Positions 1 to 9,741 are shown, counted from the stretch's first letter. The stretch is 64,000 bases of DNA from Terriglobia bacterium (GCA_965218585.1 CBDCLE010000017.1:71470-135469), one strand, 5' to 3'. Notes: generated by a model not told the origin, from the letters alone. Program-made: numbers and translations.

Positions 1-61
1 TCAGAAAATATCCGTGTCCCAGGAGAATGTCGGTCACCGCGTCGCTCCTATCGAAGCTGGT

Positions 62-1023
62 CTAAAAACCCTCAAGTTCCGGTTGTCTGTATCGAAACAA
101 TCGATTGGCAACGAATCGAAGTTCGTATGGCGCTCGGTAAAAACGCGTCCGATAGCGCCAGGCGCCCAGCGCTTTCATAGCCACTGCCTGCCAGGCTTTT
201 AGTTTGATATCCGATATCGTGGGATACCTCGCGTTGAGCACTATCTCGAAGTTCTGAATCCGCCTCAGGTGTGATGTTTTCAGCCAGGGCGTTGATGGAC
301 TTTTTCTCAGATCAAACTCTTTCCATTCCGGATCCATCCACTCCTCTAGCCGGGATGGGAAGCTGAAACCGTATTCTTGCGCCATCTGAAATAATCCAGC
401 ATCGTCAAAATGCACGGGGGAATAGACATAGATGACGATTTCTGCACTCGGATTCACTTTCTTGATTTTCCGGATATACCGAATGTCACGATCGATCTGG
501 GCATCCACGTCGGCGCCCGGAGTTCCCAGCACGAATGAAAACTCCGGCACGACACCAAACTTCCCTGCCCGATCCGCGAGTTCAAGCACCATCTCCGGAG
601 TCTGCGTGCCACCTTTATTCATGTTTTCCAAGACGTCGGAAGAACTCGACTCGACGCCGAAAAACACCATCTGAAGACCGCTTCGCGACATCTGGCGCCA
701 CGTTCTGTCGGTAAACCCCATCATGGTGTCGGGGCGCGCTTCCCCCCACCACTTTAATCCTGAACCTGACAAGCGTTTCGACGAATCCTCCAGATTGGCC
801 TGTTGCTCCGGGCATTGAAGGGCAGATCGAGGTCTCCGGAACCAAACCGTTCAGCCTCGCGAATCCGCTCGAACACTTCAACGAAATTCGAATACTGTGA
901 CTCCTGCCCGGGAGTCATGAGATCCAATATACCGTCTGAATGTTTTGGACAGAATCCACAACCGCAGGCCGCATGACCGATGAGGGGTTTCCGACAGGAA
1001 GGACAACTTACGTTTACCTTCAT
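62..1023 (-). CDS. radical SAM domain protein, split into two overlapping frames (754..1023 N-terminal Cys-rich part, 62..772 C-terminal part)
   Basis: The 62..772 frame has a GVESSSSDVLENMNKG and VLGTPG segment typical of radical SAM TIM-barrel cores. The 754..1023 frame has a Cys cluster (CPSC...CGCGFC) about 100 aa upstream, where the SAM-cluster motif is expected. The two frames overlap at 754-772, implying a frameshift or indel. Confidence 0.5.
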
Positions 1024-1082
1024 GACGATTTACCTTCACCCACCCACGTGTCCGGTAACGTCACGCATTCGGGGCAGGACGA

Positions 1083-2315
1083 TTACTGCGTAAAGGGCGG
1101 CACACTTGTGAATATTGAAAAATCGTTTAGGAAACGCAAGGCCACCACTGTCAAAGCGACATCGCTGAAAATCTGCATCGTGCCGCTGAGATCAGTCGTA
1201 TTGCTGAACAACTGGAATACGAACTGAGACATGTGGTTCAGGGGGGCCAGCGTCGTTGTTGTCATGTCGATGGTCTGACCCTCAGCGTTGAGCAGCGTAA
1301 ACGTGATGCTCGCCGTTTGACTCTCGGACGGGTTCGCATACGCGAACGCGGTCAGAAATCCTGCCTCGTCCACGAAAATGGACTGCGACGTGGCCGTAGA
1401 GGACGGGTCGACGCCAGCCTTAGCAATCAGAGTCGAACCGGAGAACTGGGAAAAGATAGCGCTGCCCGTCACTGCGATATCGGACGCCACCTTGGCGAAG
1501 CCCACGCCAATCGCACCCGAGGCGGCTGTTGAAACCAGTCGTCGACTTTTCCCACCCCCAAGCTCGAAGCTGATGGTTCCCGAAAACTGCTGGCCGGTGT
1601 TGTCGAGGAAGGCCGGCACGATCGTGTTGCCTTCCGAATCCCCAAAATCGTTAAACGTGATTGTAACGTTGGCAGTAGTGCTCGTCGCCCCCGGGTTCGT
1701 TATGAACAGCGTGGTCTTGAAACCACCACCGTCTGCAACATGAGGAAAGTAAAAGATCTCGTTCTGCGTGATCGTCGTGGCAGCAGAAACCGTGGTCTCG
1801 GCTGAATAAATGAAATCCCCCGATGACGCGAAGTTCCCATTGGCCGCGTTGCCGGCAACGTTGAAGCGAACATCTCCTGTGGAACTGCTCGAAGGAGATG
1901 TCCAGTCAAAGGAAAATGCAGCGGTATTGGTACCGGCTTTGGCAAAGGAATGCTCGATACCGCCCGGCGTTCCCAGATCAAGCTGGGTTCCACTACCAGC
2001 GGTAAAGGTTCCCGCATCCGCCCCGCCTGAATCAACAGCGGTCATCTGAAAGCCAAACAGGCTCTGACCCACGTGCATAACGGTAACGGTCAGTGGATAG
2101 GTCGTGCCAGGACTCCACTCCGAGGGCAACCCTCCGATCGTCACAGCTCCCGACCCAACGTTGACTGGCAGATCGTTATGGCACCCAAACGTGCTGCACG
2201 TGACGCCGTTCACCCCCGAACGATTCGACTCTGGACCAAGGGAATTACCCCATACAATTGCCGCCCAGGCGAGCAAGAGAACTGAAGCGAAAAACGACAG
2301 TCGATTCAGAGACAC
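1083..2315 (-). CDS. secreted hypothetical protein; N-terminal domain with CSTFGCH (CxxxxCH) plus two tandem ~110-aa beta-rich repeats (F-x-NP-type)
   Basis: N-terminal signal peptide (MSLNRLSFFASVLLLAWAAIVWG). The internal repeats FITNPGATSTTANVTITF and FAYANPSESQTASITFTL recur. It is a paralog of the adjacent 2513..3613 gene. Confidence 0.6.
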   Translation of the reverse strand: MSLNRLSFFASVLLLAWAAIVWGNSLGPESNRSGVNGVTCSTFGCHNDLPVNVGSGAVTIGGLPSEWSPGTTYPLTVTVMHVGQSLFGFQMTAVDSGGADAGTFTAGSGTQLDLGTPGGIEHSFAKAGTNTAAFSFDWTSPSSSSTGDVRFNVAGNAANGNFASSGDFIYSAETTVSAATTITQNEIFYFPHVADGGGFKTTLFITNPGATSTTANVTITFNDFGDSEGNTIVPAFLDNTGQQFSGTISFELGGGKSRRLVSTAASGAIGVGFAKVASDIAVTGSAIFSQFSGSTLIAKAGVDPSSTATSQSIFVDEAGFLTAFAYANPSESQTASITFTLLNAEGQTIDMTTTTLAPLNHMSQFVFQLFSNTTDLSGTMQIFSDVALTVVALRFLNDFSIFTSVPPFTQ

Positions 2316-2512
2316 CTTCTGACTTCCTCCATGTCCACCAAGAAATCTACTCCAGAACTATATCGAAAGGGCTTCCATCTGTTCCAAAGAAACGCATCGC
2401 ACCGTCGGCAGCCTGACCGGCGATACCGCTGAACAGGATCGCCTGTGTGGTCCATCCCCCACCGTCTACCAGATGCGGGAAGAACAGTTCGTTGGTCGTC
2501 GTCACGCCGCTT

Positions 2513-3613
2513 TCATTTGTCGGAGGCGTCGTTGCCCGACTGAATCGAACCTACAGCGCCCGGCTCACCGACCACCTCGACAGACGTCCTGAAGGCTGTG
2601 CCGAGTTCGGCCGGCGATATCGTCGCCTCGGAAATCGTCTGGAAATCGAGGTCCGCGTTGTCCAGAACAAGTTGGGCAATGGGCGCAACATTCCCTTCGT
2701 CCGGTACCAGCCGGAACGAACCGACTTGCGTGAGGGAAATAAAATCGGTCGCAACGAACTCTCTGAAACCTCTGGGGGCTAACGAGTACGTATGCACCCG
2801 TGCGGTGGCTCCGGTCAAAGCAATCGCGGTCGATTCCCCGAACGGCCTGAATTCCGAACCCTGGCTTATGAAGGCCATCGTGCCGGTAATTTCCTCATCG
2901 GTCGGATTGACTATGATCAACCGCGACGACCAGGGGCCGCCGAAAACGAAATGTGGCAGATACAGGGTGTCCGTCGAAGTCTCGGTGAGGTCCGCGACGG
3001 GCATACTGCTGAAGGTGAATTCCCCGGAATCTCGTAATGATTGTCTCAAAGCAACAACGGACACCGGCAGTGAGGCGGTAAACGTCAGCGCGCCTCGCGT
3101 TCCAGTCTCCGCATTGAACGGATCCTCCGATATAAACCGGGACGTCTGCTGGTTAGCCCCGACGGTAAAGGAGCCGGAACCGAAATCAATGTCTTCCCGG
3201 CGTGAATCCGAAAAAAAGAAATCGATTTGAACATCCTCGGCGTTGGGATTGACGATCGCCAGACCGGTATTGAGAATGTCTTCACTGAACGTGACGAATA
3301 CGCGGCCTCTCGTCACGAAGGGTGATGCAGCCACACCGGTCTCGGTCAAGAGCTCACCGGCGGAATTTCTAAACCCGAATATCCCGACGCCCGACGGCGT
3401 AGTACTGCCGGCGCCGGGCTGGATCCGTGTATACGTCACAGCAGGAACCGGCGCGCTCCCACTGGTTATCAGAGAAACGCCTCCGCGATCCACCATGGTA
3501 TAGGAACGTTCGGAACTGCCTGACTGCGGCATGGGCGCCACCCCCCACAGGAGGGCCCCGCCGCCAAGCAAGGCTATCACTGCCAGTACAACTACTCGAT
3601 TCACGACCACCAT
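2513..3613 (-). CDS. secreted hypothetical protein, paralog of the 1083..2315 gene (tandem beta-rich IxNP repeats)
   Basis: Signal peptide with a TM-like N-terminus (VVLAVIALLGGGALLWG). The repeats AIVNPNAEDVQIDFFF and LIIVNPTDEEITGTMAFI share their architecture with the neighbouring gene. Confidence 0.6.
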   Translation of the reverse strand: MVVVNRVVVLAVIALLGGGALLWGVAPMPQSGSSERSYTMVDRGGVSLITSGSAPVPAVTYTRIQPGAGSTTPSGVGIFGFRNSAGELLTETGVAASPFVTRGRVFVTFSEDILNTGLAIVNPNAEDVQIDFFFSDSRREDIDFGSGSFTVGANQQTSRFISEDPFNAETGTRGALTFTASLPVSVVALRQSLRDSGEFTFSSMPVADLTETSTDTLYLPHFVFGGPWSSRLIIVNPTDEEITGTMAFISQGSEFRPFGESTAIALTGATARVHTYSLAPRGFREFVATDFISLTQVGSFRLVPDEGNVAPIAQLVLDNADLDFQTISEATISPAELGTAFRTSVEVVGEPGAVGSIQSGNDASDK

Positions 3614-3708
3614 CCACTTCCCCCTAACTACGCTGCACGATCAAAGAACCTATATTTTTTCATATTCGGTCTAACATCCGCCACACACCATCAAACGAAG
3701 CCGGTTCG

Positions 3709-4413
3709 TCAGGGTTTCCGCGTCGGCCGCATGACAACTTCACTGATGAAGCTGTTGGCCTCGGCGGCCACCAGCATTCGGACGGCATGGGCCACGTCCC
3801 CCGGCTGCAACATGCGTTCTCTGGATTTCCCCTCCGTTTCCTTGGGCGAAAACGTCGTATTGGTTGAACCCGGACAAAGGACAGACACACGAACCCCGTG
3901 TTCACGCACCTCCTGGTAGAGCGCTTCTGAAAATCCAACGACGCCAAACTTGGACGCACAATAAAGGGCGCGGCCGGCTGATCCAACCTTGCCGGCAATC
4001 GAAGCGATGTTGATGATGTGCCCCCGTTCCCTTTCCTTCATCTGCGGCAGGACGAATCGGCAAGTGAGGAAGAGTCCCTTGAGGTTGGTATCGATGACGC
4101 GATCGAAATCGTCCAATACAGACTCGGTCACCTCACCGAAGTGGTAGACACCTGCTGAATTCACCAGAACGTCAGCGGGACCCAAATGCCTCTCGGCCTG
4201 TTCGAAGGCCTGCTGAACTTCACTCTCAACTCGCAAGTCCGCAGGAAGGACCATCGAACCCGGCACCTCGGCCGAGGTCTCCTCCAACTCGGATCGCGTG
4301 CGCGAAACCAGGACCACGCGCATCCCCAGTCGGCCCAGTTCGACGGCAACGGCCCTGCCGATCCCTCGGCCCGCGCCTGTCACTATCGCAACTTGATTTT
4401 CCAACGAAATCAT
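3709..4413 (-). CDS. SDR family oxidoreductase (short-chain dehydrogenase/reductase)
   Basis: VAIVTGAGRGIG Rossmann motif, NSAG, and the catalytic YCASK (YxxxK). The internal Met at 4413 is preferred over the upstream ORF start at 4455. Confidence 0.85.
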   Translation of the reverse strand: MISLENQVAIVTGAGRGIGRAVAVELGRLGMRVVLVSRTRSELEETSAEVPGSMVLPADLRVESEVQQAFEQAERHLGPADVLVNSAGVYHFGEVTESVLDDFDRVIDTNLKGLFLTCRFVLPQMKERERGHIINIASIAGKVGSAGRALYCASKFGVVGFSEALYQEVREHGVRVSVLCPGSTNTTFSPKETEGKSRERMLQPGDVAHAVRMLVAAEANSFISEVVMRPTRKP

Positions 4414-4565
4414 AGAACTAACCACCGGGGCGCAGAGACATAGAACACACCGCAAAGACGCTTAGACGCAAAGGACCTTGATTCGATTTCCCCAGCGTTC
4501 TTCTTGGCGCCTTTGCGGTGAAAATCCGTCTCTCTGCCTTCGTGCCTCTGTGGTTCATAGTCTCT

Positions 4566-6347
4566 CTAGTCACCTTGAACCGTTGCGAGCTCCTGCTCCT
4601 TGTACTGCAACTGATAGAGTTTGAAATACAGTCCTCTCTGGGCGAGAAGTTCCTGATGGGAGCCGATCTCCCGGATCCGTCCCGTGTGCATGACGATAAT
4701 TTTGTCACACCGTTGGATCGTCGACAGCCGGTGCGCGATGATTATCGACGTCCGTCCACGCATCAGTCGTTCGATCGCCCTTCCGATCTGGCCTTCGGTC
4801 TCCGTATCCACGCTTGAGGTCGCCTCGTCCAAAATCAGGATCTCCGGATCGTGTGCGAGGGCACGAGCAAAAGCGAGGAGCTGTCGCTGTCCAACGGATA
4901 AGGTGGTCCCCCGCTCGTTGACGGGGTGTTCCAGGCCCTTTTCAAGTGAACGGATGAAAGGCCCCAGATTCACGTCTTCGGTTGCCTGTCGAATTTTTTC
5001 CGTTGATATGTCGGAACCGAGCCGAATGTTGGACTCCAGAGTTCCGGAAAACACGAATACATCCTGCAATACAACGGCAAACCGACGGCGCATGTCGTCC
5101 AGATCCATAGTTGAAATATCGACACTGTCGAGCAGGATGCGGCCCTTCTGGATATCGTAGAAACGCGTCAGAAGACTGGTCACGGTTGTCTTCCCCGCAC
5201 CCGTGTGGCCGACAATCGCAACGGACTCGCTTTGCCGGACACTGAACGAGAGATCTTTCAGTACCCAATCCTCGTCGTTGTAAGCAAACCAGACATCCTG
5301 AAATTCGATCTCTCCTCGAGCTTCGGCGATCGCGCTTGGTGTGGGAGGAGAAAGAACCGTCGGGGCGGTGTCGAGCAGTCTGAAGATCCGTTCGGAACTG
5401 GCCATGGCCGACTGCAGGATGTTGTATTTTTCACTGAGGTCCGCGATGGGACGAAAAAACCGCTGCGAATACTGAATGAAGGCGATCAGGGCTCCCAGGG
5501 TGAGAATACCGGTCAGGACCTGTCCCCCACCGTACCAGATGATCAGCGCAATCGCTGTCGCGCTCAGAAGTTCGACGATGGGATAGAAGATTGCGTAGGC
5601 CATGATGGAATCGAGGTTCGCCTGCAGGTGCTCACGGTTGATGAGGTCGAACCTCTCGGCGCTCTTGCGCTCACGGTTGTAGAGCTGAACCACGCTCATC
5701 CCCGTAATGTGTTCGTGGAGGAAGGCGTTGATTTTCGCGATCGCGATCCGGACACGGCGGTAACCGTCTCTCGCCTTCATCCGGAAAATTGCAGTGGTCA
5801 CGCCGATAAACGGGACGATTGCCAGGACGATCAGGCCCAGACGCCAGTCCAGAACCAGCAGCACGATCATGATGCCGGTCAGAGTAAATATGTCTCCAAA
5901 AACGGAGACGATACCGGCGGAGAACATTTCATTGAGAACATCGACGTCCGTCGTAACGCGCGTGATAAGGCGCCCGACAGGATTGCGATCGAAGAAGCTG
6001 TTCGAGAGGCTCTGGATGTGGTTGAAGATCTGGCGCCTCATATCGAACATGATTCGCTGTCCCGTACTCTGGAGCGTGTAGGTCTGAAGGAAACCAATGC
6101 CATACTTCACTACGAGCAGACCAAAGTAAGCCGAAGCAATCAGCGAGAGCCCACCCATGTTGCCTTGAAGGATGTAGCGATCCACGGCGATCATCGTCAG
6201 CCACGGAAAACTGATTTCAATCAGCGACTCCACCATGATGAGAAGAAACGCGAACAGCACTATCTTGCGGTACGGCAGAAGGTAGACCATCAGCCGCCGC
6301 ATGAGCCGGGAGTCGTATGCTTTGCCTAGTACTTCTTCTTCCTGCAT
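4566..6347 (-). CDS. ABC transporter permease/ATP-binding protein (type I exporter half-transporter, MsbA/LmrCD-like)
   Basis: Six-TM N-terminal domain, Walker A GHTGAGKTT, signature LSVGQRQLLAFARAL, Walker B ILILDEATSSVD. Confidence 0.9.
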   Translation of the reverse strand: MQEEEVLGKAYDSRLMRRLMVYLLPYRKIVLFAFLLIMVESLIEISFPWLTMIAVDRYILQGNMGGLSLIASAYFGLLVVKYGIGFLQTYTLQSTGQRIMFDMRRQIFNHIQSLSNSFFDRNPVGRLITRVTTDVDVLNEMFSAGIVSVFGDIFTLTGIMIVLLVLDWRLGLIVLAIVPFIGVTTAIFRMKARDGYRRVRIAIAKINAFLHEHITGMSVVQLYNRERKSAERFDLINREHLQANLDSIMAYAIFYPIVELLSATAIALIIWYGGGQVLTGILTLGALIAFIQYSQRFFRPIADLSEKYNILQSAMASSERIFRLLDTAPTVLSPPTPSAIAEARGEIEFQDVWFAYNDEDWVLKDLSFSVRQSESVAIVGHTGAGKTTVTSLLTRFYDIQKGRILLDSVDISTMDLDDMRRRFAVVLQDVFVFSGTLESNIRLGSDISTEKIRQATEDVNLGPFIRSLEKGLEHPVNERGTTLSVGQRQLLAFARALAHDPEILILDEATSSVDTETEGQIGRAIERLMRGRTSIIIAHRLSTIQRCDKIIVMHTGRIREIGSHQELLAQRGLYFKLYQLQYKEQELATVQGD

Positions 6348-6415
6348 CTAACCTGCCGCTCTACTTTCCAGAATAGATCTTGCAATTCCCTGCATCTCAT
6401 CCGCTTCAAGAAACA

Positions 6416-8173
6416 TCATTCCGCTACGTCCAGTTCGTCTTCCAGAAGCTGGCGTTGATGGAGTTCGGCGTACTGCCCTTCAAGCGCCAGCAGTTGATCA
6501 TGAGTACCCCTCTCGACGATCTCCCCGCCGTCGAGAACTACGATTTCGTCCGCACCCTTGACGGTCGATACGCGATGGCTGATCAGGAGTGAAGTCCGGT
6601 CCTGCATCACGGTTCTCAGTTCGTCGAGGATCTGCTCTTCGGTATACGTGTCTACGCTCGACAACGCGTCGTCGAGAATGAGAATCCTGGGGTCTCGAAC
6701 CACGGCCCGGGATATTGCCGTCCGCTGCTTCTGCCCACCAGACAAGGTGATGCCACGTTCACCAACCAAAGTCTCAAAGCGTTTAGGAAACTGGTCTATA
6801 TCCTCGTATATGTTAGATATATGAGCTGCCTTCTCAACCTTAGCCTCAGATACTTCATCCACTCCAAAGGCGATGTTTTCAAAGATTGTCTCGCCGAACA
6901 GGAACGTGTCCTGGGGAATGAAACCGATCGAACGCCGGAGACGCTCGAGGGGAAACCGCTCTATAGGAATCCCGTCGACAAAGATCGACTTTTCGGGCGC
7001 GTTGTACAGGCGCGGGATAAGTTGCGCCAGAGTGGATTTTCCTGCACCTGTCGAACCCACAATCGCCAGCGTCTTGCCCTGGGGAATGGTCAGGGAAACA
7101 TCCCGCAGCACGGGCGTGCCGTTGTAAGCAAAGCTGAGGTTGCGCAGTTCAATTTCTCCCCGGATCTCGTTGTCCACACAGTCGGGCGAGTCTGCGATCT
7201 CGGGAACCGCATCGAGTATGTAGTTCAACCGCCTCATCGACGCCCGACCGCGTTCCAACAGGTTGACCACCCAACCCAACGCGATCATTGGAAAGGCCAG
7301 CATGCCCAGGTATACCGTGAACGCGACGAAGTCTCCCAGGGTGATAATTCCAGAGACGACCTGCCTTCCCCCAAACCAGATGACGGCGACCGTCGCAAAT
7401 CCAATCGTGAACTGCATCGTGGGGTAGAACAGACTGGTCACACGGATCAAATCCATGTTCTTGTCCTGCAAGCTATGGTTCAGCCCGTCGAACTCGGCTT
7501 TCTCGTGCTCCTCCTGCACGAAGACCTTTACGACACGGATCCCGGACAAGCTTTCCTGTACGCGGGCACTGAGGCTGGCCAGGCGCTGCTGCGATTCCTC
7601 GCTCAGGACATGGATGCGCGAACCGAATTGGCGCACACCGTAAGAAATCAGCGGCAGAGGAAGCAACGCCACGAGCGTCAACCTCCAGTCGATACTCAAC
7701 ATCAATCCAATGGCAATCGTCGTGGTGAGGACCGTATTCGCCGTGTACATGATTCCGGGACCGAGCAACATACGCACATTACTCAAATCGTTCGTCGCCC
7801 GCGACATGAGGTCCCCGGTAAAACTTTTCTGGAAGAACGAGAGTTCAAGCTTCTCCATGTGCGCGAACACGTCGCTCCGCAGGTGGTACTCGATCCGGCG
7901 GGAGACCCCGATCATGAGCCACCTCATGAGAAACCGGGAGATACCCTGGAAGACGGTCAGTCCGACGATCAGTCCGGCATACAAGAGGAGCCTGTCGCGG
8001 GTAATCTCCTCGCTGAGGCTGTCGATGCCATACCGGATGACCCAGGGGTTAGCCAGCGAGAAGGCCGACGTGGCGACGACACAGACCAACCCCGCCATCA
8101 TCCTGGACTTATATCTTTTGAGATAAACGATTAACCGGGATAAAGTACTGGTTTGGGACCTTTCGAGGGGCAT
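6416..8173 (-). CDS. ABC transporter permease/ATP-binding protein, partner half-transporter of a heterodimeric exporter
   Basis: Walker A GSTGAGKST, signature LSGGQKQRTAISRAV, Walker B ILILDDALSSVD. It lies 69 nt upstream of the second half-transporter gene on the same strand. Confidence 0.9.
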   Translation of the reverse strand: MPLERSQTSTLSRLIVYLKRYKSRMMAGLVCVVATSAFSLANPWVIRYGIDSLSEEITRDRLLLYAGLIVGLTVFQGISRFLMRWLMIGVSRRIEYHLRSDVFAHMEKLELSFFQKSFTGDLMSRATNDLSNVRMLLGPGIMYTANTVLTTTIAIGLMLSIDWRLTLVALLPLPLISYGVRQFGSRIHVLSEESQQRLASLSARVQESLSGIRVVKVFVQEEHEKAEFDGLNHSLQDKNMDLIRVTSLFYPTMQFTIGFATVAVIWFGGRQVVSGIITLGDFVAFTVYLGMLAFPMIALGWVVNLLERGRASMRRLNYILDAVPEIADSPDCVDNEIRGEIELRNLSFAYNGTPVLRDVSLTIPQGKTLAIVGSTGAGKSTLAQLIPRLYNAPEKSIFVDGIPIERFPLERLRRSIGFIPQDTFLFGETIFENIAFGVDEVSEAKVEKAAHISNIYEDIDQFPKRFETLVGERGITLSGGQKQRTAISRAVVRDPRILILDDALSSVDTYTEEQILDELRTVMQDRTSLLISHRVSTVKGADEIVVLDGGEIVERGTHDQLLALEGQYAELHQRQLLEDELDVAE

Positions 8174-8228
8174 CGGCCTACCATTCTACATTTATTGGAG
8201 TGGGCTTTTAAACCGGGCCCCCGGAAGT

Positions 8229-8256
8229 GGAGTCTAAAGTTATTGTAGGCGTTCCC
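8229..8256 (-). promoter_or_regulatory. candidate ECF-type promoter (GGAAC-N16-GACTC) upstream of the ABC/SDR/rSAM cluster
   Basis: The minus strand reads GGGAAC gcctacaataacttta GACTCC about 55 nt upstream of the ABC start at 8173. This is only a loose match to ECF -35/-10 consensus. Confidence 0.25.
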
Positions 8257-8376
8257 GATGGACGCCTGGAGACAGAACCACTGTCATACCAATAAGTTCG
8301 GGAATGTCGAGCAAGAAGACCATGGATCAGACCGCGATTACTGCCATGCCGGTTTCGACGACGGAAAGGGATGAGG

Positions 8377-9741
8377 GAGGTCGTTCCAATCGGTGTGTAA
8401 AAAGAGAAGGCGGTGTACGCTTTCGGTGAATCCGAAACCCTAAGCAATCCCGGCAGCAACCGGGAGAAAGGTACACCACCCATGAAGAAGAAGAACATAC
8501 CGGCATCAGTGGCGTCAACGAACGCGTATGAAGGTTTGGAGGACTGGGCGCGATCCCGGGTCCAAGTCTGGCTACAGGAGCTGCTCGAGGACGAAGTCAC
8601 TCAATTTCTGGGTCGGGAAAAGTCGGAGCGGAGTCCGAATCGACGAGGATACCGGAACGGTCACGGGAAGCCGCGACGCTTCGCAATGATGAACGGTACG
8701 ATGGAGGTTCGACGACCTCGGGTTCGAAACACCGCCGAGCGGTTCGAGAGTCAGATCCTGCCGTATTTTCGACGGAAATCGAAACAGCTGGGCGAGCTAC
8801 TTCCCGATCTCTACCTCCACGGTCTGGCCACAGGGGACTTCGAGCAGGCCATGCGCGGACTGCTTGGCGCTGGCGCTCCGTTGTCGCGAGCATCGATCCA
8901 ACGACTGAAATCGACCTGGCAGTTGGAGTATGACGAGTGGGTCCAGCAGGACCTGTCCGGCCTCGAGGTCGTGTACCAGTGGGCAGACAGCTTGTACGTG
9001 AAAGCGGGGATCGCGAAAGAGCGAGCGGCATTGCGGGTGATCATCGGAGCCTTGTCAGACGGGCGCAAAGTGGTGTTGGCCTGTGAGAGCGGGCAGCGGG
9101 AAAGCAAGGAGTCCTGGAGCCGCATTCTGCGCAATCTCCAGAGACGGGGCCTGAAGCTGGGACGGCTGACTGTCGCGGACGGTCACCTGGGCATCTGGTC
9201 CGCGCTGGCCGAGCAACAGCCCCAGGGCCAGGAACAACGCTGCTGGAACCACAAGTCGATCAACGTGGTCGATCATCTGCCGAAGACCGAGCAGCCCGCG
9301 GCCAGACAGCTGCTCCATGGGATGGCCTTCGCGAACTCCCGCGCGGCCTGCGAACGAAAGCGGGATCAGTTCGTCCGCCGATATGAGAAGAACTATCCCA
9401 AAGCGGGTGAGACGCTGTTGCGGGACTGGGACCGGATGATTACTTTCTATGAGTTCCCGAAACAACACTGGGTGCATCTGAGAACAACCAACATCGTCGA
9501 ATCGCCTTTCGACATGGTTCGCCTCCGTACCAACGCCGCTCGCCGATTCAAGCGTGTCGAGAATGCAACGGCAATGATCTGGAAGCTACTACGTGTCGCT
9601 GAGAAGGCTTGGCGACACTTAAAAGGATCCGAACTCTTACAAGAGGTCTATGATGGTCAGCAATTCGCTGACGGCATCAGAGTCGTGATGAAATCGAAGG
9701 CCGCCGCCTGATGACTTTTACACACCTTTTGTAATGACCTC
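8377..9741 (+). mobile_element. IS256-family insertion sequence, complete copy (1365 bp) with imperfect terminal IRs and an 8-bp target-site duplication GGATGAGG
   Basis: IRL GAGGTCGTTCCAATCGGTGTGTAAAAAG versus the reverse complement of IRR GAGGTCATTACAAAAGGTGTGTAAAAG (about 22/26 identical). GGATGAGG occurs at 8369-8376 and again at 9742-9749. The element encodes an IS256/mutator-type transposase. Confidence 0.85.
8482..9711 (+). CDS. IS256-family transposase
   Basis: Typical C-terminal IS256 motifs (DRMITFYEFPKQHWVHLRTTNIVESPF). It is about 99% identical to the transposase at 56901..58130. The MKKK start at 8482 is preferred to the upstream extension at 8413. Confidence 0.9.
   Translation: MKKKNIPASVASTNAYEGLEDWARSRVQVWLQELLEDEVTQFLGREKSERSPNRRGYRNGHGKPRRFAMMNGTMEVRRPRVRNTAERFESQILPYFRRKSKQLGELLPDLYLHGLATGDFEQAMRGLLGAGAPLSRASIQRLKSTWQLEYDEWVQQDLSGLEVVYQWADSLYVKAGIAKERAALRVIIGALSDGRKVVLACESGQRESKESWSRILRNLQRRGLKLGRLTVADGHLGIWSALAEQQPQGQEQRCWNHKSINVVDHLPKTEQPAARQLLHGMAFANSRAACERKRDQFVRRYEKNYPKAGETLLRDWDRMITFYEFPKQHWVHLRTTNIVESPFDMVRLRTNAARRFKRVENATAMIWKLLRVAEKAWRHLKGSELLQEVYDGQQFADGIRVVMKSKAAA

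Noticed and set aside
1083-2315. Possible c-type cytochrome because of CSTFGCH
   Set aside because: Canonical heme-c attachment is CxxCH; CxxxxCH is rare. It is kept only as an open question in the findings, not called a cytochrome.
5205-8134. Long plus-strand ORFs (5205..6329, 374 aa; 6821..8134, 437 aa) antisense to the ABC transporter genes
   Set aside because: They are low-complexity and Arg/Gly/Asp-rich with no motifs, and they fully overlap well-supported ABC transporter genes. This is the typical spurious antisense ORF of high-GC DNA. The same reasoning applies to 21252..22046, 22782..23744, 32361..33518, 48713..49250 (both strands), 55258..56142, 62383..63282 and similar entries in the ORF track.
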